Shown: piece after piece, positions 40,408-51,118 of the stretch
Position numbering within the stretch: the first letter of the stretch is position 1
Layout of the letters: each line of letters opens with the position of its first letter
Position numbers and translations under genes: made by a program
From: Thermodesulfovibrionales bacterium
GTDB lineage: Bacteria > Nitrospirota > Thermodesulfovibrionia > Thermodesulfovibrionales > SM23-35
Direction of reading: 5' to 3'
NCBI GenBank assembly: GCA_963715195.1
Contig: CAVQRT010000031.1
Span: 271,143-335,142 of the forward strand
Length of the DNA stretch: 64,000 nucleotides
The notes under the pieces: model-generated
What the model was told of the DNA's origin: nothing
Database searches by the model: none
What the model saw: only the letters and a program-made list of their open reading frames with translations

Positions 40408-41431
40408 TCATAAGAAGAGATCGTGCTTTGCTGAAATTATTTCAAAGACCTCTATCCGCAGAAAGGCTATTCACGCACTTAATGTCTTCACATGATTTTT
40501 TGAAACAGGGCGCGCAAGGGGTATTTGATCTGATAACGGTATGCCCTTCACCATAAGGCCCCGTTTTCCGGGGATCGGTTGGACCGAATATCGCAAAGAC
40601 AGGTGTTCCGAGAGCGGCAGCAATATGCATGGGCCCTGAATCGTTACTCACGACGAACTGTGCCTGTTTCATAATGTCCACCAAATCCTTCAGATCTGTT
40701 TTTCCTGCAAGAGATATGGACTTGCCTTTTGACAGAGAGACGATTTCATCAGCGATAGTGCTATCGCCTTTGCTTCCCACGATACAAGTTTTTGTGGGCA
40801 GTAAGGATGCAAGTTTCCCAAAGTGTTCAGCGGGCCATCGTTTGGTTTTCCATCTGGCACCTGGCACAAGAACTGCGTATCCATCAGGGGTAGGCAAGGA
40901 TGAAGGATGAGGGATGAAGGATGAAGCTCTCTCGACTGGCGGGAACGGAAAGGAGATGTCAGATATATCGCAGCCCAGATATTCGGCAATTTTCAGATAT
41001 CTATCGACAGCATGGATATCTTTTCCACCCGTAACGGTATGTGTATAAAAAACCCTGCTCCCTTCTCTCGCCTCCTGAAATCCGATTCTTACCGGAGAAC
41101 CGGTTGCAGAAGTAATAATTCCGCTCCTCAGAAGTCCCTGCAGGTCAATTACCAGATCGTATTTTTCCTGCTTCAGCTCTCTGAACAAGAGCCTGACTTC
41201 TTGCACGGTCTGCCTTGCATTCCGGATGTTTTTCCAGGAGTCTTTTTTGATGATCCATAATCTGTGGATCATCGGGTGGCCTTGAAGAAGTCCTTCGAAT
41301 CCATGTGCGATAACCCAGTGAATCTCGGCTCCAGGGAAACGTTGTTTCAGTGCATACAGAAAGGGGAGGCTGTGCACGATATCACCGAGCGAACTCGGTT
41401 TAACAATGAGAATTTTCCGTGGAACTTTCAT
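40408..41431 (-). CDS. LPS heptosyltransferase, GT9 (WaaC/WaaF-like); apparent +1 frameshift ~40453 near C-terminus
   Basis: KPSSLGD, DLQGL, KRWP, NDSGPMH, FGPT; removing one base gives ...SADEVFEIISAKHDLFL*. Confidence 0.85.
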
Positions 41432-41448
41432 TTTAAGCTTCAAACTTT

Positions 41449-43038
41449 TTATTTTTTATCCCCTCTAATAAGAGGGGAATCTTGGGTGTTTTTTAGTATC
41501 CATTTCACCGCATCTGTTAAGTTGGCAGCGGTGTAATCTGCGTGCTCGGATTCCTGTAACTTACCCGTTTGAACCAATACTGCTTTAGCACCAACAGATT
41601 TTGCAAGAAGCATATCCGTTTCCTTATCCCCAACCACAAAAGATTTTTTGAGATTAATCCGATGGCTGCTTCTGGCCCTCAGCAGCATTTCCGGTTCAGG
41701 CTTCCTGCAAACGCAGTGTTCGTCAGGATGATGGGGGCAGTAATAAAAATCATGAAAGCCATACTGATTGGTGAACAAACTGTTTGCCTCCTGAACGAAC
41801 TTTTCATCAATCAGACCTCGAGCGATTCCGGATTGATTGCTTGCCCCTATGAGTTTGAATCCTTGTTCTTTCAGCAATTTCAGGCTATCTATGTCTGTGA
41901 AGATATTCAGATCTTTCATGTTGTTTATATACCCAGTGTCCTGACAGATGGTGCCGTCCCGGTCAAAAAAAACCGCCGGGACATCAGGAAGTATTTTTTT
42001 TATCCCGTAATAAACCTCATCCGATGCAACAGCATACATGCATTGCATATCATTCCGTTTGCAGGAGCGATGAAAACAGGGGCTGCAAGGTATGTCAGGG
42101 GCAATTACTACGGTGTTGCTGCTTTTGTCATCGGGAGGAGGGCCGGTCAATTCGGGATCCGTTGATCCGAATATCGCGACCATCGGGGTCCTTGTAGCAT
42201 ATGCAATGTGCAGGGGCCCTGAATCATTCGTAAGAAAAACATCACATTCCGAAATGAGCGATATGAGCTCTCTGACGGTTGTCTGCCCGGCTGCATTGAG
42301 CAGTGTATCCGGCTTCCTGAACTCCGGAATAATAAGTTTATATATCTCATCTGCAATATCGACTTCTGCGTTTCCTCCGAAGATAATTACGCTTCCGCCG
42401 GTATCTGCCATAAACCAGGTAGCGACCTCGGCAAATCTTTCGGGGAACCACCTCTTCGCAGAGCCATATGTTGCACCGGGATTGATTCCGAGGATTGGTT
42501 TTTTCATCCCCTCAAGGCGTTTTCTTGCCTGTAGCCGCTCGTCAAGCAAAAGGTATATATACGGGTAGGAATATTCAGCCTTCATCCCGATCTTTCTGAG
42601 AAGGTTCAGGTAGTAATAAATTTGATGCGTTTTTTCGTGCGGGACTGAGACCGCACTTGTCAGAAGAAAGCCTCTGCCGTCCCGGTTGTAACCGACGCGA
42701 TCCTTAATGCCGGAGAGAAAAGTCAGCATAGCTGCATCAAAGGCATTCTGAAAAAGAATTGCACCGCAGAAATGTTCCCTGCGTAATGTCCCTGATAGTT
42801 TAACCTTGCCGGTGAGGCCTTTATGGGTATCAGCGTACAGGATTATCGAGTCGATATCCGGATTATTCTCAAAAACGCCCGATACCCAGGGTTTTACGAG
42901 GAGAGAGATGTTTGTTCTGCTCAGTTCGTTCCTCAACGCTTTCAGTGCAGGAAGGGTCATGACACCGTCTCCTATCCAGTTCACCCCTCTGACGAGCAGC
43001 CTTTCACACGAAGTATCAATCATCAAATATTGTAGCAT
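41449..43038 (-). CDS. waaF: Heptosyltransferase II fused to GmhB-like HAD phosphatase
   Basis: NWIGD, PGATYGSAKRW, NDSGPLH; C-terminal DRDGT, NQSG, CPHHP..CVCRKP, GD. Confidence 0.88.
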   Translation of the reverse strand: MLQYLMIDTSCERLLVRGVNWIGDGVMTLPALKALRNELSRTNISLLVKPWVSGVFENNPDIDSIILYADTHKGLTGKVKLSGTLRREHFCGAILFQNAFDAAMLTFLSGIKDRVGYNRDGRGFLLTSAVSVPHEKTHQIYYYLNLLRKIGMKAEYSYPYIYLLLDERLQARKRLEGMKKPILGINPGATYGSAKRWFPERFAEVATWFMADTGGSVIIFGGNAEVDIADEIYKLIIPEFRKPDTLLNAAGQTTVRELISLISECDVFLTNDSGPLHIAYATRTPMVAIFGSTDPELTGPPPDDKSSNTVVIAPDIPCSPCFHRSCKRNDMQCMYAVASDEVYYGIKKILPDVPAVFFDRDGTICQDTGYINNMKDLNIFTDIDSLKLLKEQGFKLIGASNQSGIARGLIDEKFVQEANSLFTNQYGFHDFYYCPHHPDEHCVCRKPEPEMLLRARSSHRINLKKSFVVGDKETDMLLAKSVGAKAVLVQTGKLQESEHADYTAANLTDAVKWILKNTQDSPLIRGDKK

Positions 43039-43075
43039 TTCGAAGGCCTGCGGAACTGCTCTCTTCGGCCTGGAT

Positions 43076-43827
43076 TTATGGCTGGTTCACCGTTCCCTGA
43101 TCGCTCGCCTGATTTCTCCGGTAAGCCCTCGGCGACATCTTGTATGCCGCCTTGAATGCTCTGATAAAGTGGCCGCAGTTATTATAGCCTACTGAAAAAG
43201 CGATTTCGGTAATACTGGTGCTGGAATTTTTCAGGAGATCCCCGGCATTCTTCAGCCTTACACTGTTCAGATACGATATAAAGCATTGATTGAATTTCTC
43301 CTTGAATGCCCTGGAGAAACTGAACCTGCTCATGCAGGCCATACGGGAAAGTTTCTCAAGAGTGATTTCCTCCATGTAGTTCAACTGGATATATCGTGCG
43401 ATATTGTCCATGTGACGCTCTTTGTTGAATGGTGCCGGATTATCTCCCTGTCCCTTTTTATCCCTGAGTATGTCTGAAACCCTCTTCCTGAGGTACCCGA
43501 GATTGAGAGGTTTTTTTATGTAGTCTGTTACATTCTTTCTGAGCGCCTGAATGATCAGTTCTTCATCACCATATCCCGTTATCATGATGACCGGCAGGAA
43601 CGGGTTTTTCTCCCTGAGTGACTCCAGCACATCAAATCCATCCCGGTCCGGCAGGAAATAGTCGATAATTGCAAGGTCAACAGACCGAGAGAGGAATTGC
43701 ATGCTATCGAGATATGTTGACGCTTCGAATATATGATAATCAGTAGCGAGAGCCTTCGAATAACATCCCGAATAACGCATCATCGTCTACAATGAGAAGA
43801 GACTTCCTGATCGATTGGGTATATCAT
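43076..43827 (-). CDS. Response regulator with AraC-type HTH output (indels in first ~25 codons)
   Basis: LLIVDDD in adjacent frame near 43790; IIDYFLPD, ITGYG, KP; AraC C-terminus ITEIAFSVGY..F.RAFK..SP. Confidence 0.8.
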
Positions 43828-44040
43828 CTATTTAGCAAATGCTTATAAAAATAATTATAAACAATGTGATGCAGGTCGTAAAGGATAAAAAAATCAGCTT
43901 ATTGCACTCTTCACAATTTTTGCTTGGCAATAAATAAGAGAATTGTAATAATGATATTGTTTTAGTAAAATAATACGTTTTGCAGCAGGCGACAGATCAG
44001 TAGACTCAAAGCGCCAGCATGATAGTATTCTTCTGTGATT

Positions 44041-44092
44041 TTTAAGGAACAAGCAAGAACTCCCTGTGCTCTTGGCGCAGGGTTCTTAACAA
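44041..44092 (+). mobile_element. Collapsed single-hairpin copy of IS200/IS605-like miniature element
   Basis: 44041-44082 identical to 63763-63804; 44062-44092 matches 63918-63948 with 1 mismatch. Confidence 0.7.
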
Positions 44093-44146
44093 AAATTGTC
44101 GACTATAATTACACATAAATAATTGAGCTGATAAAGGAGAAAGATT

Positions 44147-46270
44147 ATGTTGTCACGCATTTTCCCTTTTCTGGAATGGCTGAAAGGCTACAACTTTGTC
44201 AAATTAAAGGCTGATGGAATCGCCGGATTGACGGTGGCATTGGTTCTCATCCCCCAATCAATGGCATACGCACAATTGGCCGGTCTTCCCGCATATTACG
44301 GATTGTACGCATCTTTCTTGCCGCCAATGATCGCTGCATTATTCGGTTCGAGCAGGCAGCTTGCAACAGGGCCTGTGGCTGTCGTTTCGCTGATGACTGC
44401 AGCGTCGTTGAGTCCACTCGCAACTGCCGGCAGTAGTAGCTTTATCGCGTATGCCATTTTACTTGCGCTCATCGTTGGGGTTTTTCAGTTCCTTTTGGGT
44501 ATTTTACGACTCGGTCTCGTCGTCAATTTCCTCTCACATCCTGTTGTGAATGGATTCACCAATGGCGCAGCTATCATTATTGCTACATCACAACTGTCAA
44601 AGATGTTCGGAGTATATGTTGATGGAGCTGATCATCACTACGAAACAATAATGCGGGTCATTCAGGCAGCCATTCATTACACTCACTGGCCTACACTGAT
44701 CATGGGTATCGGTGCTTTCGCAATTATGTACGCATTGAAGAAGATAAATCCAAGAATACCGAATGTTCTCGTAGCCGTTGCCATAACAACTGTTATTTCA
44801 TGGGCGATCGGATTCGAAAAAGATATGAAGGTTGATGAGTCGAAGATTGATTCTCTGAGAACACAGCAACTCATAACAAATTTCAATCAAACACTGCATG
44901 AAAAATCGTTGCTTGTCAAAGAACGCACAGATAATACCTTATTAGTAGAAGAAGCCCAAAAGAATCATGATAAGATCAGGTTACTTGACCTAAAACGGAA
45001 TGAAGCAGTTTTAAACACGAAGTTGGAAGATTTGAAAACAAAAGAGGGATCTTTAAGAAACGAAATAAGGGAATTGTTTTTTACTGCTGTAAAGCAACCT
45101 GACGGCTCTTCGAAATTTTATCTCAAAGGGGAAGTACCGGGGAATCAAAATCCTGACGGAACGATATGGCGGATTAAAGTCGGGAATGACCCGATCAAAG
45201 AAGATTCAATCCGCTTTACAGGTGGCGGTGCTGTCGTGGGTGTTGTGCCGAAAGGGTTGCCATCGTTTACTGTTCCCCCGATAGACTTCAAGGCAATTAT
45301 GCATCTGCTGCCATACGCGGTTATCATCTCCCTCCTCGGTTTTATGGAAGCAATTTCTATAGCCAAAGCTCTTGCGGGAAAAACCGGTCAGCGACTCGAC
45401 CCAAATCAGGAATTGATCGGCCAGGGGCTGGCAAATATACTTGGTGCTGTTGGGAAGAGTTATCCGGTTTCCGGTTCTTTTTCACGCTCAGCGGTAAACT
45501 TTCAGGCAGGCGGGCTTACTGGCTTCTCAAGCGCTTTTACGAGCATTGCGGTATTGATTATGCTTTTATTCTTAACACCACTTCTCTACCATTTACCGCA
45601 GTCTGTCCTGGCTGCAGTCATCATGATGGCGGTTATCGGCCTGCTGAATGTTTCCGGATTTATTCATGCGTGGAAGGCCCAGAAATATGACGGTGTCATC
45701 TCTGTTATTTCGTTCATAGCGACATTGGCTTTTGCCCCTCATCTGGATAAGGGCATTATGATCGGTGTGGTGCTCTCGATTGCGGTCTTCTTGTACAAGA
45801 GCATGAAGCCATCAATATCCATCCTTGCCCGGCATGAGGACAAATCGCTCCGCAGTGTTGAAGCACACGGACTGTTGGAATGCGAGCACATTGCCATGGT
45901 GCAGTTTGAAGGGTCGCTGTTTTTTGCGAATGCAAGTTACCTTGAAGACAGCATGCGAACTATTATCGAGAGGAAGAAGCATTTAAGACATATCATTCTT
46001 GTGTGTAACGGGATCAATGAAATGGATGCGTCGGGGGAAGAAACACTGTCCCTTCTTATAGACCGCATCAGAAGCGCAGGGCTTGATATATCATTTAGCG
46101 GGGTGAATGAGGCACTTATGAAGGTTTTCAGAAGAACTCATTTGCTCGAGAAGATTGGACGCGACCATGTCTTCCCGACAAAGGAAGAGGCTATTTGTAC
46201 GATTTATCCGGTCGCGCATAAAGAATCGATTGAGAAAGAGTGTCCGCTTATGTCTGTGTGCAAAATTTAG
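44147..46270 (+). CDS. SulP-family anion transporter with STAS domain
   Basis: PQSMAYA, GLY, SSRQLATGP, NQELIGQG, GSFSRS, FFAN, DASG. Confidence 0.93.
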   Translation: MLSRIFPFLEWLKGYNFVKLKADGIAGLTVALVLIPQSMAYAQLAGLPAYYGLYASFLPPMIAALFGSSRQLATGPVAVVSLMTAASLSPLATAGSSSFIAYAILLALIVGVFQFLLGILRLGLVVNFLSHPVVNGFTNGAAIIIATSQLSKMFGVYVDGADHHYETIMRVIQAAIHYTHWPTLIMGIGAFAIMYALKKINPRIPNVLVAVAITTVISWAIGFEKDMKVDESKIDSLRTQQLITNFNQTLHEKSLLVKERTDNTLLVEEAQKNHDKIRLLDLKRNEAVLNTKLEDLKTKEGSLRNEIRELFFTAVKQPDGSSKFYLKGEVPGNQNPDGTIWRIKVGNDPIKEDSIRFTGGGAVVGVVPKGLPSFTVPPIDFKAIMHLLPYAVIISLLGFMEAISIAKALAGKTGQRLDPNQELIGQGLANILGAVGKSYPVSGSFSRSAVNFQAGGLTGFSSAFTSIAVLIMLLFLTPLLYHLPQSVLAAVIMMAVIGLLNVSGFIHAWKAQKYDGVISVISFIATLAFAPHLDKGIMIGVVLSIAVFLYKSMKPSISILARHEDKSLRSVEAHGLLECEHIAMVQFEGSLFFANASYLEDSMRTIIERKKHLRHIILVCNGINEMDASGEETLSLLIDRIRSAGLDISFSGVNEALMKVFRRTHLLEKIGRDHVFPTKEEAICTIYPVAHKESIEKECPLMSVCKI

Positions 46271-46289
46271 ATATTATGGAGGGAATACC

Positions 46290-46805
46290 ATGTCAATAAT
46301 TACAATATTTGCAGGGTCGTATTGCAATGAAGAATCAGCAATACAGGAAATTCTCAAAAGGACAGACTACACCTATATAAGAGATTCTGATATTGTTGCA
46401 AAAGCCAGCAGGTTGTCTGATTTTTCTGAAGAGAAAATTATGAAGGCTTTTTCGGCAAAGACATCTGCTTTCAATCAGTTTACGCATGAAAAAGAACGGT
46501 CCATCGCATATCTTAAGCTTGCTGTGGCTGAATCGCTTGCTGTGGACAATATCCTTCTCCATGGATTCACGAGCCTTCTGATACCAATGAGTATTACTCA
46601 TGTTCTTCGGGTATGCATCATCGCTGATATGAAATACAGAATTGCCAACGCCTCTTCCAATGGAATGTCTGAGAGTGACGCACTGAAAACGATTCATAAG
46701 AACGACGAGGACAGGATTCTTTGCCTTCTTCATCGTGATTTTTCTTCAATCGCTGAAGGACTTCACATCGTCACCGGCGGGAGGAATTGTTTTGTGATGC
46801 TATGA
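46290..46805 (+). pseudogene. Cytidylate-kinase-like domain protein, apparently truncated after ...KNDEDR (~46714)
   Basis: GGAGG RBS; MSIITIFAGSYC, FNQFTHEKER, HVLRVCIIAD; tail after DEDR looks like antisense intergenic sequence. Confidence 0.55.
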
Positions 46806-48552
46806 GACTCCCTTTTTCACTTCCCTGACATTGATTGGTATTTCGACGATAAAGGTTGTTCCCTGATTTTGTTTACTCTCCACCAGAATAGTGCCCCCTA
46901 ACTTTTGGACGATGCCGTAGGAAATTGAAAGACCCAGGCCTGTTCCCTTTCCTTTTTCCTTTGTCGAATAAAACGGCTCAAAAATGTGCTTCAGGTTTTC
47001 CTTTGGAATCCCACTTCCATTGTCTTTTATCGCAACCCGGACAAACTGATCGTCTTTCAGATAGGTCGATACTTTGATATGTCCATTTTCCTTCACTGCA
47101 TCAATCGCATTATTGATGATGTTCAGGAATACCTGTTGTACTTGTCCTCTGTCAGTAATCATTTTCGGAAGATCCTTCTGCAGATCGAGTTCCAACTGAA
47201 TATCCCTGTAGAGGATCTCTTTTTCCAGAAATCCAATAACTTCCTGAATGGCATCATTGATGTCTGTGGTATCCTGACTGAGTTCCATTCTCCGTGAAAA
47301 ACCCAACAGTCGATGGGTAATCGTCCGGCACCGGGTTACGCTGTCTGATATTCCGTTGATAAGTGTCAGGAATTTTTCTTTGTGTTGTCCCATATTATCT
47401 GATCGCTCAATGATATCTTTCATAAGTCCTGCCTTTTCATTAATGATGGCGAGCGGGTTATTGATTTCATGGGCGACACCGGCTGCAAGCCTTCCTATGG
47501 AAGCCATTTTGCCTGCGTGTTCAGATTGCGTCATGGCTTCTTCCCGTTCAAGGTCGGATAGTTTTATGCGATTTACGACCATATTTGCCATGAGAATGGT
47601 AAAAATTGTTCCGAGCAGGATACTGAAAATGGTGATAAAAAATATTTCATTTCTGAAGATGCTCGGGATCTTGGTATAAGGAGCCGATCGGATATCGGTA
47701 ATTAAAATCCATGATGTATGCTGTATCGGGGCTAACCCGCATATTTTAGAAGTACCGTCTTTTGCCTGGATTTCCTCTATCGATATTCCCTGCCGGGGCA
47801 TCTTGAGTTGATATATATATTGCTGCAAGACATCTCCATTGAATTTGGAAGGGGTTTGCAGTGTCCCTTCACGGTTTATGATGAAAATATCATCATTCGG
47901 CCTCTGATTAACAGCGGTTACGTATTTTTGCAAGGTATCGATGTTGATGGTGGCTCTGAGAATCCAGAATGGCTGATTCCCCCTGGCTTCGCTTTTGACA
48001 GCGATAGCAAAATGAGGAATTTTTCGGTATCCCAAAAAGACATCGCTGACATAAAATGAACGGATTATGACCTCCTGGAACCACTCCTGTTTCGAATAAT
48101 CTTTGCCCGTGAGGCTATAGGGCCCTGAATACGATTTCTGGATTCCTTCCGGGTCAATGACGCCGAAATCGACGAGTCCCCCAAATTCTCTCTTAAACTT
48201 GTTGAATACGTCGGTCAAGGTTTCTGGTATCTGATAATTGCTCGTAGCTGTAACTTGAAACGATGAACCGGAGTGCAGATATCCTGCTATCCATGAAGAA
48301 CTCAATTGTTTGCCTGGTATTCTGGATCTCCCAATTCACTTGTTTATAAAAATCGTCTTTCAGAATCTTCTGAAACCAGAAGTAACTTATCGTGATGACA
48401 ATAAAGAGGGGAACCATCGAGAGAAATATATCAAGTAAAACAATCCGTATTTTCAGGCTTGAGTAGCGGTCTTTGCCGAGAATCCGAAAAATTTCATGGG
48501 GGTGAAAGATGTCTCTGAGAAGGTCGGCAAGTTGTTGCTTCAGATTGCTCAT
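46800..48552 (-). CDS. Membrane sensor histidine kinase with Cache-like periplasmic domain (apparent +1 frameshift ~48228)
   Basis: TM1 in ORF 48193-48552 joins ORF 46800-48305; SDVFLGYR, TM2, AHEINNPL, NAIDA, GTGLGL. Confidence 0.85.
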
Positions 48553-48575
48553 AGATCCTTTACCGAATTACGATT

Positions 48576-49640
48576 TCACTTCAGTTCTTTAATCTTCTCC
48601 GCCTGATCATAGGTAATGAGAGCGTCAAGGATTTCATCGATATCGCCCTCAAGCACCTGGTCAAGCTTATGGAGCGTAAATCCGATTCGGTGATCGGTCA
48701 CGCGGTTTTGGGGGAAATTGTACGTCCTGATTTTCTCACTCCTGTCACCGCTTCCTACCTGCGATCTCCTCTCTGAAGCACGCTCCTTTTCCTGGCGTTC
48801 CATCTCGATCTCATACAGTCTAGCACGCAGAACCTTCATCGCTTTATCTTTATTTTTGATCTGGGACCGCTCATCCTGACACTGGACAATCAGTCCCGTG
48901 GGAATGTGGACGATTCTTACCGCAGAATAGGTAGTATTTACTCCCTGACCTCCGGGGCCTGATGAACAGAATGTGTCTATCCTGAGGTCTTTTTCATCCA
49001 CCCTGATGTCAACGTCTTCAGCCTCGGGAAGCACCGCAACGGTGGAGGCAGAGGTGTGGATTCTTCCTGAACCCTCGGTAACGGGGACCCGCTGGACCCT
49101 GTGCACGCCGCTTTCATATTTCAGACGGCTGTAAGCATTTTTCCCCTGTATGGAAACGATGACTTCCTTGATACCGCCAAGACCTGTAGGGTTCAGCGCT
49201 ATTGTCTCCACTTTCCAGCGCCTGTGCTCTGCGTATTTCAAATACATGCGAAGGAGTTCAGACGCAAAGAGCGCGGCCTCCTCTCCGCCTGTGCCCGCCC
49301 GGATTTCAAGGATGACGTTTTTCTTATCACGCGGGTCTCCGGGGATAAGCATGATCGTCAGGTCTTCCTCTATCCTCGGCTTTTTCTCCCTCAATGCATC
49401 GAGTTCTACCTGTGCGAGTTCGCGCATATCGCCATCACCGCTGTGAAGGAGCTCTGCTGCACCTTCGATGTCGGAAAGCAGTTTACGGTATTCCCTGATT
49501 TTTTCCACCAGAGGGAGAAGTTCTGCCTGCTCTTTCGAATACTTCTGCAGTTCCGTCGGTTTTGAAAGGACCTCCGGATCCATCAGAAGCCTTGTCAGTT
49601 CTTCGTATTTGTGTTCTACTGCTGTGAGTTTCTCAAGCAT
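48576..49640 (-). CDS. prfA: Peptide chain release factor 1
   Basis: RVPVT (PxT), GGQ, ERSQ, RTYNFPQ. Confidence 0.97.
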   Translation of the reverse strand: MLEKLTAVEHKYEELTRLLMDPEVLSKPTELQKYSKEQAELLPLVEKIREYRKLLSDIEGAAELLHSGDGDMRELAQVELDALREKKPRIEEDLTIMLIPGDPRDKKNVILEIRAGTGGEEAALFASELLRMYLKYAEHRRWKVETIALNPTGLGGIKEVIVSIQGKNAYSRLKYESGVHRVQRVPVTEGSGRIHTSASTVAVLPEAEDVDIRVDEKDLRIDTFCSSGPGGQGVNTTYSAVRIVHIPTGLIVQCQDERSQIKNKDKAMKVLRARLYEIEMERQEKERASERRSQVGSGDRSEKIRTYNFPQNRVTDHRIGFTLHKLDQVLEGDIDEILDALITYDQAEKIKELK

Positions 49641-50511
49641 GCGCTTCTTCTGTTATAAGAACTTCCCGGAGTGCCCTGACCGCTACCTCGATCTGTGCTT
49701 CATCAGGTTCCCTGGTTGTCAGTCGCTGGAGCAACAAGCCGGGCTGGATCAGGAAATGCATCAGGAGGTTGTGTTCCATCTTTGCAGAAAGTTTCAGGAT
49801 CTCATATGAAATTCCGGCAATGAGGGGGATAAGAATAAGGCGGGATAAAAATTTATAGATGAACTGCCATTCCTGAGGGATAAAGGAAAACACGAATATG
49901 CTGATAATCATTACGATGAGCAGAAAGCTTGTCCCGCAACGGGGGTGAAGAGGGCTGTGGATTTTAATATTGTTTACGGTCAGGTCCTTACCGTTTTCGT
50001 ATGCATGGATGACCTTATGTTCAGCTCCGTGATATTCAAAAATCCGCCTCATCTCCTTCCACATCCCGACTGAGATGATATACACGAGGAAGATAAGGAC
50101 TCTGATGACACCATCGACGAGGTTAAAGACGAGGGAGCTTCCGGAGACAGATTCAAAAAACAGACCAAGCAGTTTGGTAGCATACAACGGAAGGAGAATA
50201 AAAAGCCCGATACCGATAAGTACAGCCATGGAAATGGTTAACACGATTGAAGCGGGACTTAATGGTTTCCCCTCCTCTTCTTCATATGCCTTGCTCGCAG
50301 AGAATTCTATTGCCTTAATGCCGATAAAGAGGGCATAAAAGAGTGCTAGGAACCCCCGAAGGATGGGAAGCCTGAAGAGTTTCGGGAGTTCGGATAGTTC
50401 CTCTGTTTTTACATGGATTTCCCCCTTCGGGCTCCTGACTGCAACTGTCCAGCTTTTCCTGCCCTTCATCATGACGCCTTCTATGACTGCCTGTCCGCCG
50501 ATATTCTTCAT
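49633..50511 (-). CDS. DUF1385 membrane protein
   Basis: [31 protein letters not shown]. Confidence 0.92.
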   Translation of the reverse strand: MKNIGGQAVIEGVMMKGRKSWTVAVRSPKGEIHVKTEELSELPKLFRLPILRGFLALFYALFIGIKAIEFSASKAYEEEEGKPLSPASIVLTISMAVLIGIGLFILLPLYATKLLGLFFESVSGSSLVFNLVDGVIRVLIFLVYIISVGMWKEMRRIFEYHGAEHKVIHAYENGKDLTVNNIKIHSPLHPRCGTSFLLIVMIISIFVFSFIPQEWQFIYKFLSRLILIPLIAGISYEILKLSAKMEHNLLMHFLIQPGLLLQRLTTREPDEAQIEVAVRALREVLITEEAHA

Positions 50512-50611
50512 GACAGTTGTGTACCTTTCCTCCCCCTGCCCGGTTCCATTGTGTAGGGGTATCCCCGGATCTCAGGTGGAACGGTGGAGAGGGGAGCAGG
50601 CGTATTCACAC

Positions 50612-50650
50612 AAAAGCCGTTAGTCTGGATCGATTGACTAACGGCTTTTT
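50612..50650 (-). terminator. Rho-independent terminator after rpmE
   Basis: 14-bp perfect IR aaaagccgttagtc/gactaacggctttt. Confidence 0.75.
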
Positions 50651-50663
50651 CATCTTACGGTAT

Positions 50664-50864
50664 CTATTTTTTTGCGTATTTCTTCTTGAACTTCTCTACC
50701 CGTCCTTCTGCATCGACAATTTTCTGTTTGCCGGTGAAGAACGGATGGCACTTTGAACAGATATCCACATGAATTTTCTGTTTTGTTGAACGTGTTGTAA
50801 AAACCTCACCACAGGCACATTCGATTTTTGTTTCATTGTATGTGGGATGAATTCCTTCTTTCAA
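50664..50864 (-). CDS. rpmE: 50S ribosomal protein L31 (Zn-binding type)
   Basis: [27 protein letters not shown]. Confidence 0.97.
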   Translation of the reverse strand: MKEGIHPTYNETKIECACGEVFTTRSTKQKIHVDICSKCHPFFTGKQKIVDAEGRVEKFKKKYAKK

Positions 50865-50963
50865 TCTGTTCCTCCTGAAAATTTAATCATTAATAATAAT
50901 AGATTCTTACAATTTTTAGCAAGCCGGGGATGGCAATGTCAAATTCTTTCAGTTTTTCAGGGC

Positions 50964-50990
50964 TGTCATTCTGGCCAAGCCAGAATGACA
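50964..50990. repeat. Single-hairpin REP-like unit (GTCA family)
   Basis: tgtcattctgg-ccaag-ccagaatgaca perfect 11-bp IR. Confidence 0.7.
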
Positions 50991-51118
50991 CAATAGGATA
51001 TGAACTGTCGGAACAGAGTTTGCTTTGATGTAACCACAACAATATACAAAAATAGGCAGAAATATTGTTCACTGATAATATATAGTATCAATCGAACATT
51101 ACCAAGGAGGGGGCAAGA

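Noticed and set aside
48553..48576. Absence of prmC after prfA and ilvC after ilvN
   Set aside because: Ordinary gene-order variation; may be elsewhere in the genome
50524..50600. TPP riboswitch (CTGAGA...ATACCC seen)
   Set aside because: Lacks the downstream AACCTGA...TAATGC..GCG.AGG core and precedes non-thiamine genes
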